In this document: positions 63,645 through 64,000 of the stretch, piece after piece
Layout of the letters: every line of letters starts with the position of its first letter
Numbering within the stretch: position 1 is the first letter of the stretch
From: Takakia lepidozioides
Lineage: Eukaryota > Plantae > Bryophyta
Direction of reading: 5' to 3'
Length of the DNA stretch: 64,000 bases
NCBI GenBank assembly: GCA_030704615.1
Contig: CM060731.1
Coordinates: forward strand, 22,072,001-22,136,000
Translations under genes and position numbers: made by a program
Notes under the pieces: model-generated
Databases searched by the model: none
What the model saw: the letters and a program-made list of their open reading frames with translations, nothing else
What the model was told of the DNA's origin: nothing

Positions 63645-63864
63645 ACGGTCAGTAGCTCAGTTGGTTAGTGCACTGAGTGTCACCCAGATGATTCTGGGGT
63701 CAAATCCTGCTACTTGACAGGTGTGGTTCCCCCCCTTCCCTGGGCGGTGTCCTATTTCTCAGCCTCCATGGCGTGGTTACTGTGAAAGAGGTTATTTTCT
63801 CCTCTCACTGTATTAAGGGGCATGATTTATGAGCTGTCGCTGCCAGGTGTTTCACTTTTTTTTT
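63645..63864 (+). mobile_element. tRNA-derived SINE, same family
   Basis: A box TAGCTCAGTTGG, B box GGGTCAAATCC, shared body, poly(T) end. Confidence 0.85.
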
Positions 63865-64000
63865 AAACAAATAAATAAAAAAGATAAAAACAATATTTAA
63901 CTTAATTATGATTCAGAGAATTCTAATATAATATATATTCTAATTGTTTTTGAATTGTTTTATAAAAAGACATATATATACCTGGAATATATTTGATATA

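Overview
TE-rich eukaryotic nuclear DNA, most likely from a non-seed land plant. This is inferred from PLS/DYW PPR genes, a P5B-like ATPase fragment, a CRE-like retroelement and a half-tRNA-Met-primed Copia. The main result is a decayed Ty3/Gypsy LTR retrotransposon carrying a C5 cytosine DNA methyltransferase between protease and RT (gag-PR-DNMT-RT-RH-INT). Its two halves (349-~4990 minus, 7190-~9845 plus) can be rejoined through a shared CACTA 3-bp target duplication (TCA). It was also hit by a 4-bp-TSD MITE and an internal RT inversion. Other TEs are a near full-length L1-type LINE with an extra unknown ORF overlapping the ORF2 start (ATGA), a related ORF1-only polyadenylated element with a TSD, Copia and CRE-like remnants, and tRNA-derived SINEs. 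Apparently intact genes are a tRNA-Ser(UGA), two recently duplicated Agenet+ENT genes and a fasciclin-like AGP. There are many decayed host-gene fragments (PPR-DYW, DTC carrier, GH47, GH9, P5 ATPase, OB-fold, NIF phosphatase, LRR). All calls come from reading motifs by eye; no database search was run.
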